From the NCBI RefSeq assembly GCF_009914755.1, contig NC_060947.1: DNA of 64,000 nt; one strand, written 5' to 3'. This DNA comes from the human T2T-CHM13v2.0 reference genome, Homo sapiens. Position 1 is the first letter of the stretch, and each line of letters opens with the position of its first letter. The translations under genes and the position numbers were made by a program. The notes beneath the pieces were generated by a model. That model worked only from the letters and a program-made list of their open reading frames with translations, made no database searches and had not been told where the DNA came from. Shown here piece after piece: positions 1 through 11,584 of this stretch.

Positions 1-999
1 AGGAGTATTTAAATCACTAGGAAGTTTGGGGGCAGCTCTTTCCTGTAGGCCAGGGATGATGGTAGGAGAAATGGTCACATATCAGTAAGCACAGCTCATT
101 ATCAATGGTGTTGTTGGACACCTGGAGTAACAGAGCTATGTAGTGGTACTTTGCTACTATAGACCCAGAGACCACAATTACTATAATGATGAACAAAGTC
201 AGAAGGGAAGTCAGTAGGGCTCCATCGCTCCATCTGCAGGGAATTGTAGAGATGGTTAATAGATAATCGTATTCCTAGGAGCAAAATAAACAGGTATCCC
301 ACAAGGGTGATGTTTAGCATGCATAACAGAAAAAAAGCAAAAATGGAAAAGCAGAGCACTGAGTACAGTCATTCTAAGCAACAGTTATGATTCCTTGCTC
401 AGTTGCCAGTTCTGAGCCAACTTTCAGATCTGAAACCCACTGACTGATGAGGTGATTAGCTTTGTATTATAGAAGGAAGGGCCCTGCAAACCATGGCAAG
501 TATATGCTATAATTATTCTTCTATTCCTTCTACAAGGGATCTATGGCCATATAGGCCTTTGGGGTGGAATGACCAAATATTTTAAGGAATTTTATACACA
601 GGATCAAAGTTGACACTGATACCCAAAGACTCAAAATGTGAATATAACCTACCTCTTAAAGTAGGAATTCGTGGGACATAGGGAATAAATGGAATCCTGC
701 CTAAAGTCCAGCTAAAAATGTATCCTGTGTGAATCCAGATTTACCCAATATTCATTTCCTGTCCATCCCTGAGTTCATAGCTTGAATCCAAATAATTGGC
801 ACCTGGAATCAACCCCACAGTGGGTTCCTGATTTGTGGAATAAGAGCTGTCATAATGAAGAAGGTTAAATGGAAACCTCTGAAACAACCCCAACCCCTGA
901 TGATGCCCAAGATAGTAAATCAAAATAAATTACGATGTCCTGCAGTGGAGACTAATGACAGATACTGCTGCCATTAAAGGCTTAAAATATGCATGGTGG

Positions 1000-1378
1000 T
1001 GATATGGTTTGGCTCTGTGTGCCCACCGAAATATCATGTCAAATTTTAATTCCCAGTGTTGTAGGAGGGAACTGGTGGGAGGTGATTGAATCATGGGGGT
1101 CAAGTTCCCCCTTGATGTTCTCATGATAGAGTTCTCATGAGATCTGGTTGTTGGAAAGTGTGTAGCACTTCCCCCTTCATGCTCTCTTCTTCCTGCTCCA
1201 GCCATGTAGGACGTGCCTCCTTCCTCTTCACCTTCACCATAATTGTAAGTTTTTTGAGACCTCCCTAGCCATGCTTCCTGTACATCCTGGAGAACTGTGA
1301 ATCAATTAAACTCCTTTTCATCATAAATTACCGAGTCTTAGGTAGTTCTTTATAGCAGTGCAAGAATGGACTGATACA
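1000..1378 (+). mobile_element. MaLR LTR (MSTA/THE1D type), complete
   Basis: Starts TGATATGGTTTGGCTCTGTG and ends GAATGGACTGATACA; inserted in the ERV-L pol. Confidence 0.9.
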
Positions 1379-1696
1379 AAACATTTTTAATTAACTCACG
1401 GTTCCATAGGCTGTACAGGAAACCTGGCTGGAGAGGCCTCAGGAAACTTACAATCACGGCAAAAGGTGAACAGGAAGGAGACATGTCCTGCATGGCAGGA
1501 GCAGGAGGAAGAGAGAGCTACGGGGGAAGTGCTACACACTTTCAAACAACCAGATCTCATGAGAACTCTATCACAAGAACAGCAAGGGGGAAGTCTGCCC
1601 CATGATTCAATCACCTCCCATCAGGCCCTTCCTCCAACAATGGGAATTACAATTAAACACGAGATTTGGGTGGTGACACAGAGCCAAACCATATCA
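1379..1696 (-). mobile_element. MaLR LTR (MSTA/THE1D type), inverted, lacking ~60 nt of its 3' end
   Basis: Ends ...GAGCCAAACCATATCA (reverse complement of the LTR start); followed by GGTGG, the same 5-mer as at 995-999. Confidence 0.88.
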
Positions 1697-2252
1697 GGTG
1701 GTCCTCTTTATCGTGTCTCCATTTAATTCTCCAGTCTGTACCCTGTATAAAGTGGGTGGGTCCTAGAGAATGCTATAGACAACAACAGACTGACCCAAGT
1801 GATAGCTCTGGTTACAGCTGTTGTACCAATCATGGTGTAATTGCTAAGGTACATGGCATGGTACATGGTGTAAAGTCCCAGGTATATGGCATACAGCCAC
1901 TGATTTGGCAAACATATTCTCCATTTCATTGAACAAAGAATACCAAAGCTAGTTCACATTCACACTAGATGGAAAACAATATCCTGCTATAGTTTTACAG
2001 CCTGGCAATGTTATTCTCCAGCCATCTATGCTAATATACTCTGGGAATATCTGAAATACTTGGCCAGCCCACAGAACATCACAACAATACGCTACATTAA
2101 CATCATCATGCTGATTGAACAAGATGAGCAAGAGTTGACTGTTGGATGCCTTGGTAAAACACATGTGATCTGGAGAATGGGAGGTAAATCACATGAAGAT
2201 TCCAAGACCAACCACTTCAGTAAAGTTTGTAATGGGTCCAGTGGTCAGGGGC

Positions 2253-2814
2253 CATATTAGTCAAAGTTTTACCAAGAGACAGGATGCATAGGATGCAAGT
2301 ATATAAATATATAAGGAAATTTATTAGGAGGGTTATCTCATGTTATTATGGAGGCCGAGAAGTCCATAGACAGGCCATCTGCAGGCTGGAGACCCTGAAA
2401 TGGATAATATGCCTCATTCCAGATGCCAAGGTCTCAGAACCAGGGAAACCGATGATGTAATTCTTAGTCTCAGTCCGAGACCAAAGGTCTGAGAACCTGG
2501 GGGTCCATGGGTGTCAATCCTAGCGTTTAAAGGCCCCAGAACCTGGAGTTGTCCAAGGACAGGAGAGGAAGAATGTATCCCAGTTCCAGCAGATAGAATC
2601 ACACATTTGTCTTTTCTCTGTTCTTGTTCTCTGGGCCCCAGCTATTTGGATGGTGCCTGCTCACATTGAGGGCAGATCTCTGCGTAGTCCACTCAGACAC
2701 AAATGCTAATCTTCTCTGGAAATGCCCTCTCAGACACACCCCAAAATAATCCTTCATGAAGTTTCTAGGTATTTCTTAATCCAGTCAAATTGACACCTAA
2801 AATTAACAATCACT
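2253..2814 (-). mobile_element. MLT2 (MLT2B-like) solo LTR
   Basis: Ends CCAGTCAAATTGACACCTAAAATTAACAATCAC (MLT2 5' end reversed); GGGGC TSD at 2248-2252 and 2815-2819; ERV-L RT resumes afterwards. Confidence 0.88.
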
Positions 2815-5270
2815 GGGGCATGTCAGGATGTCACTTCCAAAGTATGAGAAAAATTGTCATGTCTTGGTTCCCCCACCACCAAAGGAGGAAGCACAGCAAC
2901 TTGTAGGCCACAGTAGGTTCTGAAGGCAACATATTGGACAACTAGAAATATACCAGCCCTCACATCTATAGATGAGGAATAATGCTTAGTTTTGGTAGAA
3001 CCTGGAGTAGGAAAAAGTACTGTAGCAGGTCCACACAATGGTGCAATTAGCCCTGCCTCTTCAGCCATAAGTGCCAACATAACAAAGAGTTTGTAGTAGT
3101 CAGTGGTGTGAAAATTGGCAGTATAATGCTTATGGCAAGCTCTAATGTAAGCCCCTGGGTTTCTGGGGTAGGGCCATGCCATCCACAGCAGAGAGTTCAG
3201 CAGATAGTTATTTACCCTTTAATAAACAGCTCTTGATATGTTTCTGGACCCAGATAGAGACAGAACATATACGAGATACCAAGTGACCATGCATTTGCAT
3301 TATGAGCTGAGGTTTCTCAGACAAACAAAATCATAAAGTTAGATGAGTCAGGCAGCAGTTCATCAGAAGTTGGAAACTGAATATCAAGGATAGAGCCCAA
3401 GCAGAGATATATGCCATGAGTAAGTTACATAGCCGGTGGCCCAGACCTCTATGACACCCACCAAAGTTGCATAATTTCCACTGTTCCAGTTGACACCTGT
3501 AGCTGTGTGGAGAATCCTGAATGATCAACTGAAAATGGATAGAAAATGCCAAGCTTGGTTTACAGATATCCTAACCCAACATACAGGTGGTTACCAGAAA
3601 TGGAAATTGGCTCCATTAGAGTCACATTCAGGAGTGGCCAAAAAAGGGAAAATCTTACCAATGTGCAGAGCTTTGAGTAAGGCATTTGGCCAGCCACCCA
3701 ATGTAGAAGGAGAAATAACCTGAAGTAAAAATCTATACAGATTTATGGGGAGTGGCCAATATCTTAGCTGTCTAGTTTGGGGCCTAGAAAGAAAATGATT
3801 GGAAAATCAGAGACAAGGAGGTCTGAGGTAGAGGCATGTGTTTAGACATGTTGGAATGGACACAAAGTGTGATGATTTTTGTAATACACATTAACATTCA
3901 TCACAAAGTCTACACCATGGAAGAGGAACTGAAAAGCAAGTAAATAAAACCATTCAACCAGTTGACATTAGTCAGCCCATGTTGTAGGCTATTGCAAAAC
4001 TAGCAATGGGCACATGAATGAAGTCGCCACACTGGCAGAGATGGAGGCTTCATACGGATCCAATGGTATGGACTTCCATTACCAAGGCCAATCTATTGTC
4101 TACTGCCTCTGGGTGTTCAACTTGTAAGCAACTGGAACCAACTCTGAGTATCCAATATTACACTATTCCTTGTCATGGCCAGTCCAGTTTACCTTCACAG
4201 GGATCAGTCCCTATCCCAGGTATGGATTTCCTTCCTTGCCTACAGCACTTCACTCAGCAGAACTACTTGGGAACTTATGGAATACCTGAATACACGAGCA
4301 TGGGATTTCTCATGGCATAGCACCTGATTAAGGGGCCCATTATATGGAAAAATAGGTACAGAAGTGACCATGGGATTCACTGGACATATCACATGTTACA
4401 AAATCCAGAGACAGACATTCTCAGAGAATACTAGAATAATCTCAATGCACAACTGAAGCACAACTCAGAGGAAACACTCTGGGAAAATGGGTTGCCATCT
4501 TTCAGGAACCAGTGTATTTATTAAATCAGAAAACTTATAAAGCAACTTTTCCTCAGTGAGGACACACGGGTCCAGGAACCTAGTGGTAGAGGCAAGAGTG
4601 GTCCCACTTACCATCACTCCTGATCACCCATTATGGATTTTGTACTCACAACTCTGTTCTGCACTGTTGGAGGTCTTGGCTCCAAAGAGACTTTCTGGTT
4701 TCACTTTTCTTGGGGCAACTCAGAAAATGCCCCCATTGAACTACAAGTTATAACTCCCCTACACCTTCTGTTGTCATTTTGGACTGGTACTCAGAAGCTA
4801 GCAGGTGCACAGAGGAGTCACCATACTGGCAGGGTAATGGCTCCTGATCAGGAGGAGAGGATAAGGTTACCACAACACAATGAGGGCAGGGAGAAATATG
4901 TGTGAAGCCTGAGTGATTCATTTTGGTGCCTCCTAACACTTTCTTCCCATTGTAACTGTGAATGAACATGTACAATCATCCTGAACTGAGAAGCATATAA
5001 TTATCAAGGGTTCACCTTCCTCAGGAATAAAAATTTTGATCATACCGTCAGGTAAGCCAGCAAGGTCTTTCAAAATGATAGCTGTTGATGCAGGGAATTT
5101 AAATGAATAGTGAAGGAGGAAGAGGATGAATACCAGTTATGGCCCTGAGATCTACTGCAGTAACATCTCTTCTGATTTTCCCCTCAGGAAGAAAGGCCCA
5201 CAGAAACAATTATGGAGCTGTCCCCCAAATCTCAGTAAAGAAGTTGATCTGTGTTGTATAAGTAGTGGAC

Positions 5271-5325
5271 AGTGGTGGCCAGGAGTATGTGTGTCACAGA
5301 ACTCCTACAGGGAGCGCAAATGACC
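5271..5325 (+). mobile_element. 5' fragment of the 3' LTR (LTR16-like) of the ERV-L
   Basis: Follows a PPT-like 'agtagtggac'; GTGGTGGCC...CTCCTACAGGGAGCGCAAATGAC resembles the remembered LTR16C start. Confidence 0.5.
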
Positions 5326-5329
5326 TTTA

Positions 5330-5580
5330 ATCCTATCTTGGCATCCACTTTTCAGAATGCACAGACCAACATAACATATCATTGAAAAATTTGCTTTGTT
5401 TCACTGAACAATGTGTCCTGGAGAATAATTTAAGACAATTTGTAGAAATATCACATTCTTTAAACAACCACATATTATTCTTCAATGGATAGACACCTAG
5501 AACATTTTGAAATTTCCACTTTTTACAAACAAGGCTGCAGTGAATATTCTTATACATGCCTCTTTGTGCATGTTTCATTG
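5330..5580 (-). mobile_element. Old L1M 3'-region fragment
   Basis: Reversed L1 3' motifs: 'aatggatagacacctag...tttccac...gctgcagtgaatattctt'. Confidence 0.6.
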
Positions 5581-5582
5581 AG

Positions 5583-8500
5583 ATATAATGTACATACTTG
5601 TGGGATACATGTGACAATTTGATACATGCAATGTGTAATAATCATATCAGGGTAATTGAAATATCAATCACCTCAAATATTTATCATTTCTTTCTGTTAG
5701 GAACATTCCAAATCTTCTCTTCTAGTGATTTTGAAATATACAGTACATTATTGCTAACTGTAGTCACCCTACTGGGCTATTAAACACTAGAAATTATTCT
5801 TTTTTTGTAGCTGTATTTTTGTGCCCAAACACAGCCTGTCTTCATCCCTTTTTCCCCTACCCTTCCAAACCTCTGGTAGTCATCATTCTACTTTCTGCCT
5901 TCATGAGATCAATTTTTAGCTCCCACATTTGAGTGAGAACACATGATATTTGTGTTTCTGTGCACGGCTTATTTCACTTAACATACTCTCTGACTTCCAG
6001 ACTCATCCATGTTGCCACAAATGACAGGATTTCATTTGTTATATGGCTGAATATTATTCCATTGTGTCCATATGCTACATTTCCTTTACCCATTCATCCA
6101 CTGATGGGCACTTAGGTTGATTGCCCATCTTGACTATTGTGAACAGTGATGCAATAAACAGAGAAGTGTAGCTATCTCTTTAACATAACAATTTCCCTGT
6201 GGACATATTCCCAGAAGTGGGATTGCTTGATCATGTGTTCTTTTTATTTTGTTGAGGAACCTCCATATTGTTTTCCATAAAGGCTGAACGAATTTACACT
6301 CCTACCAACAGTGTATGAAAATTCCCTTTCCTCCACATCCTCAACAACATTTGTTATTTCTATCTCTTTGTTAACAGTCATTTTAACTGGGTTGAGATGA
6401 TATTTCATTGTGGGTTTGATGTGTAGTTCCCTGACAATTAGTAATGTGGAGCATTTTTAAATGTACCTCATGGCCATTTCTCTTTTTTTTTTTTTTGAGA
6501 AATATCTATTAACATCATTTTCCCCTTTTAAAATCAGATTATTCGGCCCTTTACTGTTGAGTTATTTGAGTGCCTCATATATTGTTACTAATCCCTGTTG
6601 GATGGCCTGTTTGTAAATATTTTCTCCCACTCTTTAGATTTTTTCCTCACTCCATTGTTTATTTCCTTTGCCACGCAGAAGCTTTTAGCTTGATATAATC
6701 CCATGTGTCTATTTCTGCTTTGGTTGCCTGTCCTTTCGTGGTCTTATGAAAAAAAAATTTTGCCCAGGCCAGTGTCCTGAAGCATTTCCTCAATGATTTA
6801 TTCTAGTAATTAGTCTCAGGTCTTAGATGTAATCCTTTCATCCATATTGATTTGATTTGTGAATATGGTGAGAGACAGAAATCTAGTTTCATTATTCTGC
6901 ATATGGATGTCCAGTTTTTCCAGCAGCCCTTATTGAAGAGACTGTCCTTTCCTCAATGTCTGTTGGCACCTTTGTCAAAAATAAGTTGGCTGCAAATGTG
7001 TGGATTCACTTCTGGGTTCTCTATAATGTTCCATTGGTCTATGTTTCTGTTTTTATGCCAGGACCATGCTGTTTAGTTACCACAGTTTTGTGGCAGGTAG
7101 TGTGATGCCTCCGGTTTTCTTTTTTTGCTGAGAATTGTTTTTGCTACTCGCGGTTTTTCGTGGTTACATCCTCATTTTAGGACTGGTTTTTTTTTCTACT
7201 TCTGTGAAGAATGTCATTTGTATTTTCATAAGGATTGCATTGCATATCCATCCATATTGCTTGGGTTGTATGTCCAAAGTTTAACAATGCTTTCTTTCAG
7301 TTCATGAACATGGGATATCTTTCTATTTTTTGTGTCCTCTTCAATTTATTTCATCAGTGTTTTGTAGTTTTCATTGTAGAGCTCTTTCCTCTCTTTGGTT
7401 AAAGTTATTCCTATGTATTGTTTTGTTGCTATTATAAATGGGTATGCTTTCTTGACTTCTTTATCAGATAGTATGTTGTTGATATATTAAAATGCTATTG
7501 GTTTTTTAATTTTGATTTTGTATCCTGCAACTTTACTGAATTTATCAGTCCATCAGTTTTTTGGTTAGGTGTTTAGTCTTTTCTAAATACATTATGTTAT
7601 GTGCAAACAAGGACAATTTGACTTCTTCCTTTTCAATGTAGATTTCCTTCATTTCTTTCTCTGGCCTAATTGTTCTTGAAAGGAAGGACTTCCAGTAGTA
7701 TGTTGAATAAAAGTGGTGAATGTGGATATCTTTGTCTCGTCCCAGATCTTAGAGGAATGGCTTTCAGTTTTTCCCCATTCAGTTTGATGTTAGCTGTGGG
7801 TTTGTTACATACGGTCTTCATTGTTTTGGGGTATGTTCCTTCTACACCCAGTTTGTTGAGAGGTTTTACCATGAAGGACCATTGAATTTCATTGAACACA
7901 TTTTTTTAGCATCAATCAAAATGATCATATGGTTTTTGTCTTTCATTCTGTTGTGATGATATATCAGTAAATGTTAACTGATAACATTTACTGATTTGTG
8001 TATGTTGAAACATCTTTGTGTTGCTGGGCTACACCCCACTTTATCATGATGAATCATCTTTTTAATACATTGTTGAATTCAGTTTGCTAGTACTTTGTTG
8101 AGGATTTTTGTATCTACATTTATCAGAGATATTGGCACATAGTTTTGTTTTTCTATTGTGTCTTCTTCTGGTTTTGTTTTCAGGGTAATATTGGCCTTGT
8201 ACAATGAATTTGGTAGTATTTGATTCTCCTTGATTTTTTGGAATAGATTGTGGAGGATTGTTATTAGTTCTTTCTTAAATGTCTGGTAGAATTCAAAGGT
8301 GAAGCCATCAGGTCATGGGCTTTTCTTTGATGGGAGATGTTTTATTACAGCTTCTGTATCATTACTTGTTATTAGTCTATTCAGATTTTCAATTTCCTCC
8401 TGGTTCAATCTTGGGATTGAATTGTTTTGTTTGTTTCTAGGAATTTATCCATTTTTTCTAGGTTTTCCAAATTGTTGGCATATAGTTGTTCATAATACTC

Positions 8501-11500
8501 TCAAATGACTTGAATTTCCGTGGCATCAGCAGTAATGTCTCCTTTTCATCGCTGATTTTATTTGGGTAATCTCTGTTTTTTTTCTTAGTCTGTCTGGCTA
8601 AAGGTTTCTCAGTTTTGCTTGTCTTTTCAAAAAAAAACCAACTGTTTGTTTCATTGATCTTTTGTATCATATTTTTGGTGTCATATATTTTCTTTGGCTC
8701 TGATCTTCATTATTTTTCTACTAATTTGTGGTTTGGCTTTGTTGTTCTTTTTTCTTTCTTCCTTTCTGTCTTCAAAAGGGGAGAAATCATTTTCTCTGGT
8801 AGTATGTTTTAATTTTTTGCCTTCTATTTTTTGTGTATCTGTTGTGGGATTTTAATTTGTGGTTACCATGAGATTTGCAAATAACATCTTATAATCCATT
8901 ATTTTAAACTGATGACTAATTCTCTCTGATTACAAAAAAGAACAAAACAGATAAAACTAAAAAACCCTACACTGTAACTCCATCTCCCAGGCCCACCTTT
9001 TAACTGTTTGTTGTCTCTATTTATATTTATTTATACTACCTATCTCTTAAAAAGTTGACATGGTAATTATTTTTGCTAGGTTTGCCTTTTAATCTTTCTA
9101 CTCAAAATATAAGTAGTATATACATTGCAATTACAGTGTTAGATTTTTCTGTATTTGTCTTTGTACTTACTATTAGCAGCATGTTTTACACCTTCAGATG
9201 ATTTCTTGTTCATTAATGTCCTTTTCTTGCAGGCTTAAGAACTCTCTTCAGCATTTCTTGTAGTACAGGCCTGGTGATGACACAATCTCTCAGCTTTTGT
9301 TTGTCTGAAAAAGTCATTTCTCTTTCATATTTGAAGGATTTTTTTGCTGGATATAATATCCTAGGGTGAAAGGATTTTTTCTTCAGCACTTTGAATATGT
9401 CATCCTGCTCCCTCCCGGCCTGTAATGTTTTAGCTCAGAATTCTGCTGCCAGACATATTGGAGCTCCTTTATAGGTTATTTGTTTCTTTTCTCTTACTGC
9501 TTTTAGGATCTTTCTTTGACTTTTGAGAGTTTGATTATTAAATACCTTGAGCGAGTCTTATTTTGGTTGGATCTGCTTGGTATGCTATGATTTTATCATA
9601 CCTGGATATTTATGTCTTGCTCTAGGTTTGAAAAGTTCTCTGTTACTATTTCTTTGAGTAAACTTTTTACCCTGATTTTCCTCTTTATCTCCTCTTTAAT
9701 GCCAATGACTCTTAGATTGGCTATTTTGTGACTATTCTAGATCTTGTAGACATGTTTTATTATTTTGTATATTTTCCTCCTCCGAGTGTGTTTTTCATAT
9801 AACCTCTCTTCTCATTCACCCTTTCCTTTGCTTGATCAATTCTGTTGTTGAGAGATTCTAACGCATATTTCAGTTTGTCAGTTGAATTTTTCAGCTCTGT
9901 CATTTCTGCTTGATTGTCTTAATTATTTCAATCTCTTTGTTAATTTTCTTTTATAGAATTCTGAAATCATTCTCTGTGTGGTCTTTACATTTTATTGAAC
10001 TTTCTGAAAACAGCTATTTTGAATTCTCTGCTTGAATGTTCACATATCTCCATCACTCTGGGATGGATCACCGAAGGCTTATTTAATTAGTCTGGTGAGG
10101 TCATATTTTCCTGAATGTTCTTGATGCTTTTGGATATTTGTTGATGTCTGGGCATTATGTAGTTAGGTATTCATTCCAATCTCAGCAGTCTGGGCTTATT
10201 TGCACCCATTTCTCTTGAGAAGGCATTCCAGGTATTCAAAGAGAATTGAATGTGGTAATCTAAGCCTGTAGTCATTGCAGTCATATTACCACTAGGGGGC
10301 TCCCCAAACCCGGTAACCCTGTGACTCTTGCAGACTCCTAGCAGCACCCTCTTGGTGGGCCTGGGTAAGATCAGAGAGAATTCCCTGGGCTATCAAACAA
10401 AATCTCTCCCTCTCTTCCCTCTCTTTCTCTCATCAAGAGTCTCTCTCCATGCTGGGCTCCCTGGAGTAGGGGGAAGAGTGATGAAAGCACTCCTGTGGCC
10501 ACCGCTGCTGGCACTGCACTGAGTCACACCTGAAGCCAGTAAAGTGCTGGGTCTCACTCAAGGCCTGTGGCAACTACTACCCGGCTACCACTGATGTTTA
10601 TTCAAGTCTCAAGGGCTCTTTAGTCAGCAGTTTGTGAATCCTACCAGGACTGGGTCTGTCCCAACAGGGCAGCAGATTCCCTTCTGGTCCAGAGTAGGTC
10701 TAGAAATGCTATTAATATATGATCTATGGCCTGGAATCAGGGGCTTCAGAAATCTTTTAAATTTCTTCAGGAATATTACAGTGGCTGAACTGGCACTGGA
10801 CCTGCAAGACAACGTCCTCGGGACTCTTCCCTCTGCTTTCCCAAAGCAGAAGGAAACTCTTCTCAAGCTGCACTGCCTGGAGTTTGGGGAGGGCAGACAG
10901 GTACTCCCATGGCCACCACAACTGGTGTCTCACTGGGTGATGCGCAACCCAAGTCCACTGCCTCTGAGCCTAGTGCAGCAACAGGGCTTGCCCAAGGACT
11001 GCATCCTTGTGGCCTGACTGCCTCTCAAATTTATTCTGAGACCCAGGCCGCTTTAGTCAGCGAGTTGGGGAGCCAGCCAGAATTTGAGTTCCTTCCACTG
11101 GGGCTAAGAATTAGCCTCTGGCTGTGGCTGGTCTAGTTGCTTTTTCTGTGGGCACCAGCAGAATTCTGCCGTTTTGTGTTCCACTGTGACAGAGCAGAAC
11201 TGAATTCCAAAGCAAAGTTCCACAATCACTTCACTCTTTTTCTTCCAAGTATAGATTATCTCTCTGCACGATGCTGCAGGGGCTTGGAGGATGGGTGGTG
11301 TATCCAATGCAAAACTATGTTTCTTACCTTCTTAAAACCACATTCCTTGATATTAGATTGGTGCAAAAGTAATTGTGGTTTTTACCATTAAAAGCAATGG
11401 CGAAAACCGTGATAATTTTTGCACCAACCAATATTATGTTAAACCAGGTGCTGTAATCACTAACCTGATTTTTTTTGGTTCTTATGATGGTGTTGTCTTG

Positions 11501-11583
11501 CATGAACAGTCATGTAATTGGTGTTCCTGTGGCAGGGGACAATCACTATAGGGTTCTATTTGGCCATCTTATTCTCGTCCTTC
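5583..11583 (-). mobile_element. L1MA-type LINE-1 with 3' end, ORF2 RT region, ORF1 and 5' UTR; endonuclease region missing near 8760
   Basis: L1MA 3' end at 5583-5900; ORF 7666-7899 ([24 protein letters not shown]) is the L1 RT; ORF 8458-8670 IQKINETNSWFF; 5' end reads GAATAAGATGGCCAAATAG on the minus strand near 11555-11580. Confidence 0.9.
11353..11431. mobile_element. MADE1 (Hsmar1-derived mariner MITE) inside the L1 5' UTR
   Basis: TTAGATTGGTGCAAAAGTAATT...AATTTTTGCACCAACCAA inverted termini, ~80 bp, flanked by TA. Confidence 0.93.
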
Positions 11584-11584
11584 T

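Larger units (their letters stand above)
1..5270 (+). mobile_element. ERV-L (HERV16/HERV-L-like) internal remnant: gag end, protease, RT, RNase H, integrase, dUTPase-like tail; decayed and interrupted by LTR insertions
   Basis: Protease-like LYTGSKLTLIP (LDTGS-type) near 590-625; 'KWKPL' and 'KIVNQ' motifs; RT YINIIMLI (YIDDIMLI) in ORF 2060-2260; RNase H AWFTD in ORF 3490-3723; GVTILAG dUTPase-like motif near 4810-4830; many stops and frameshifts. Confidence 0.88.

Noticed and set aside
11353-11431. Strong hairpin as a novel miRNA or ncRNA
   Set aside because: Fully explained by MADE1 terminal inverted repeats. MADE1 can yield miR-548-type hairpins, but there is no expression evidence here.
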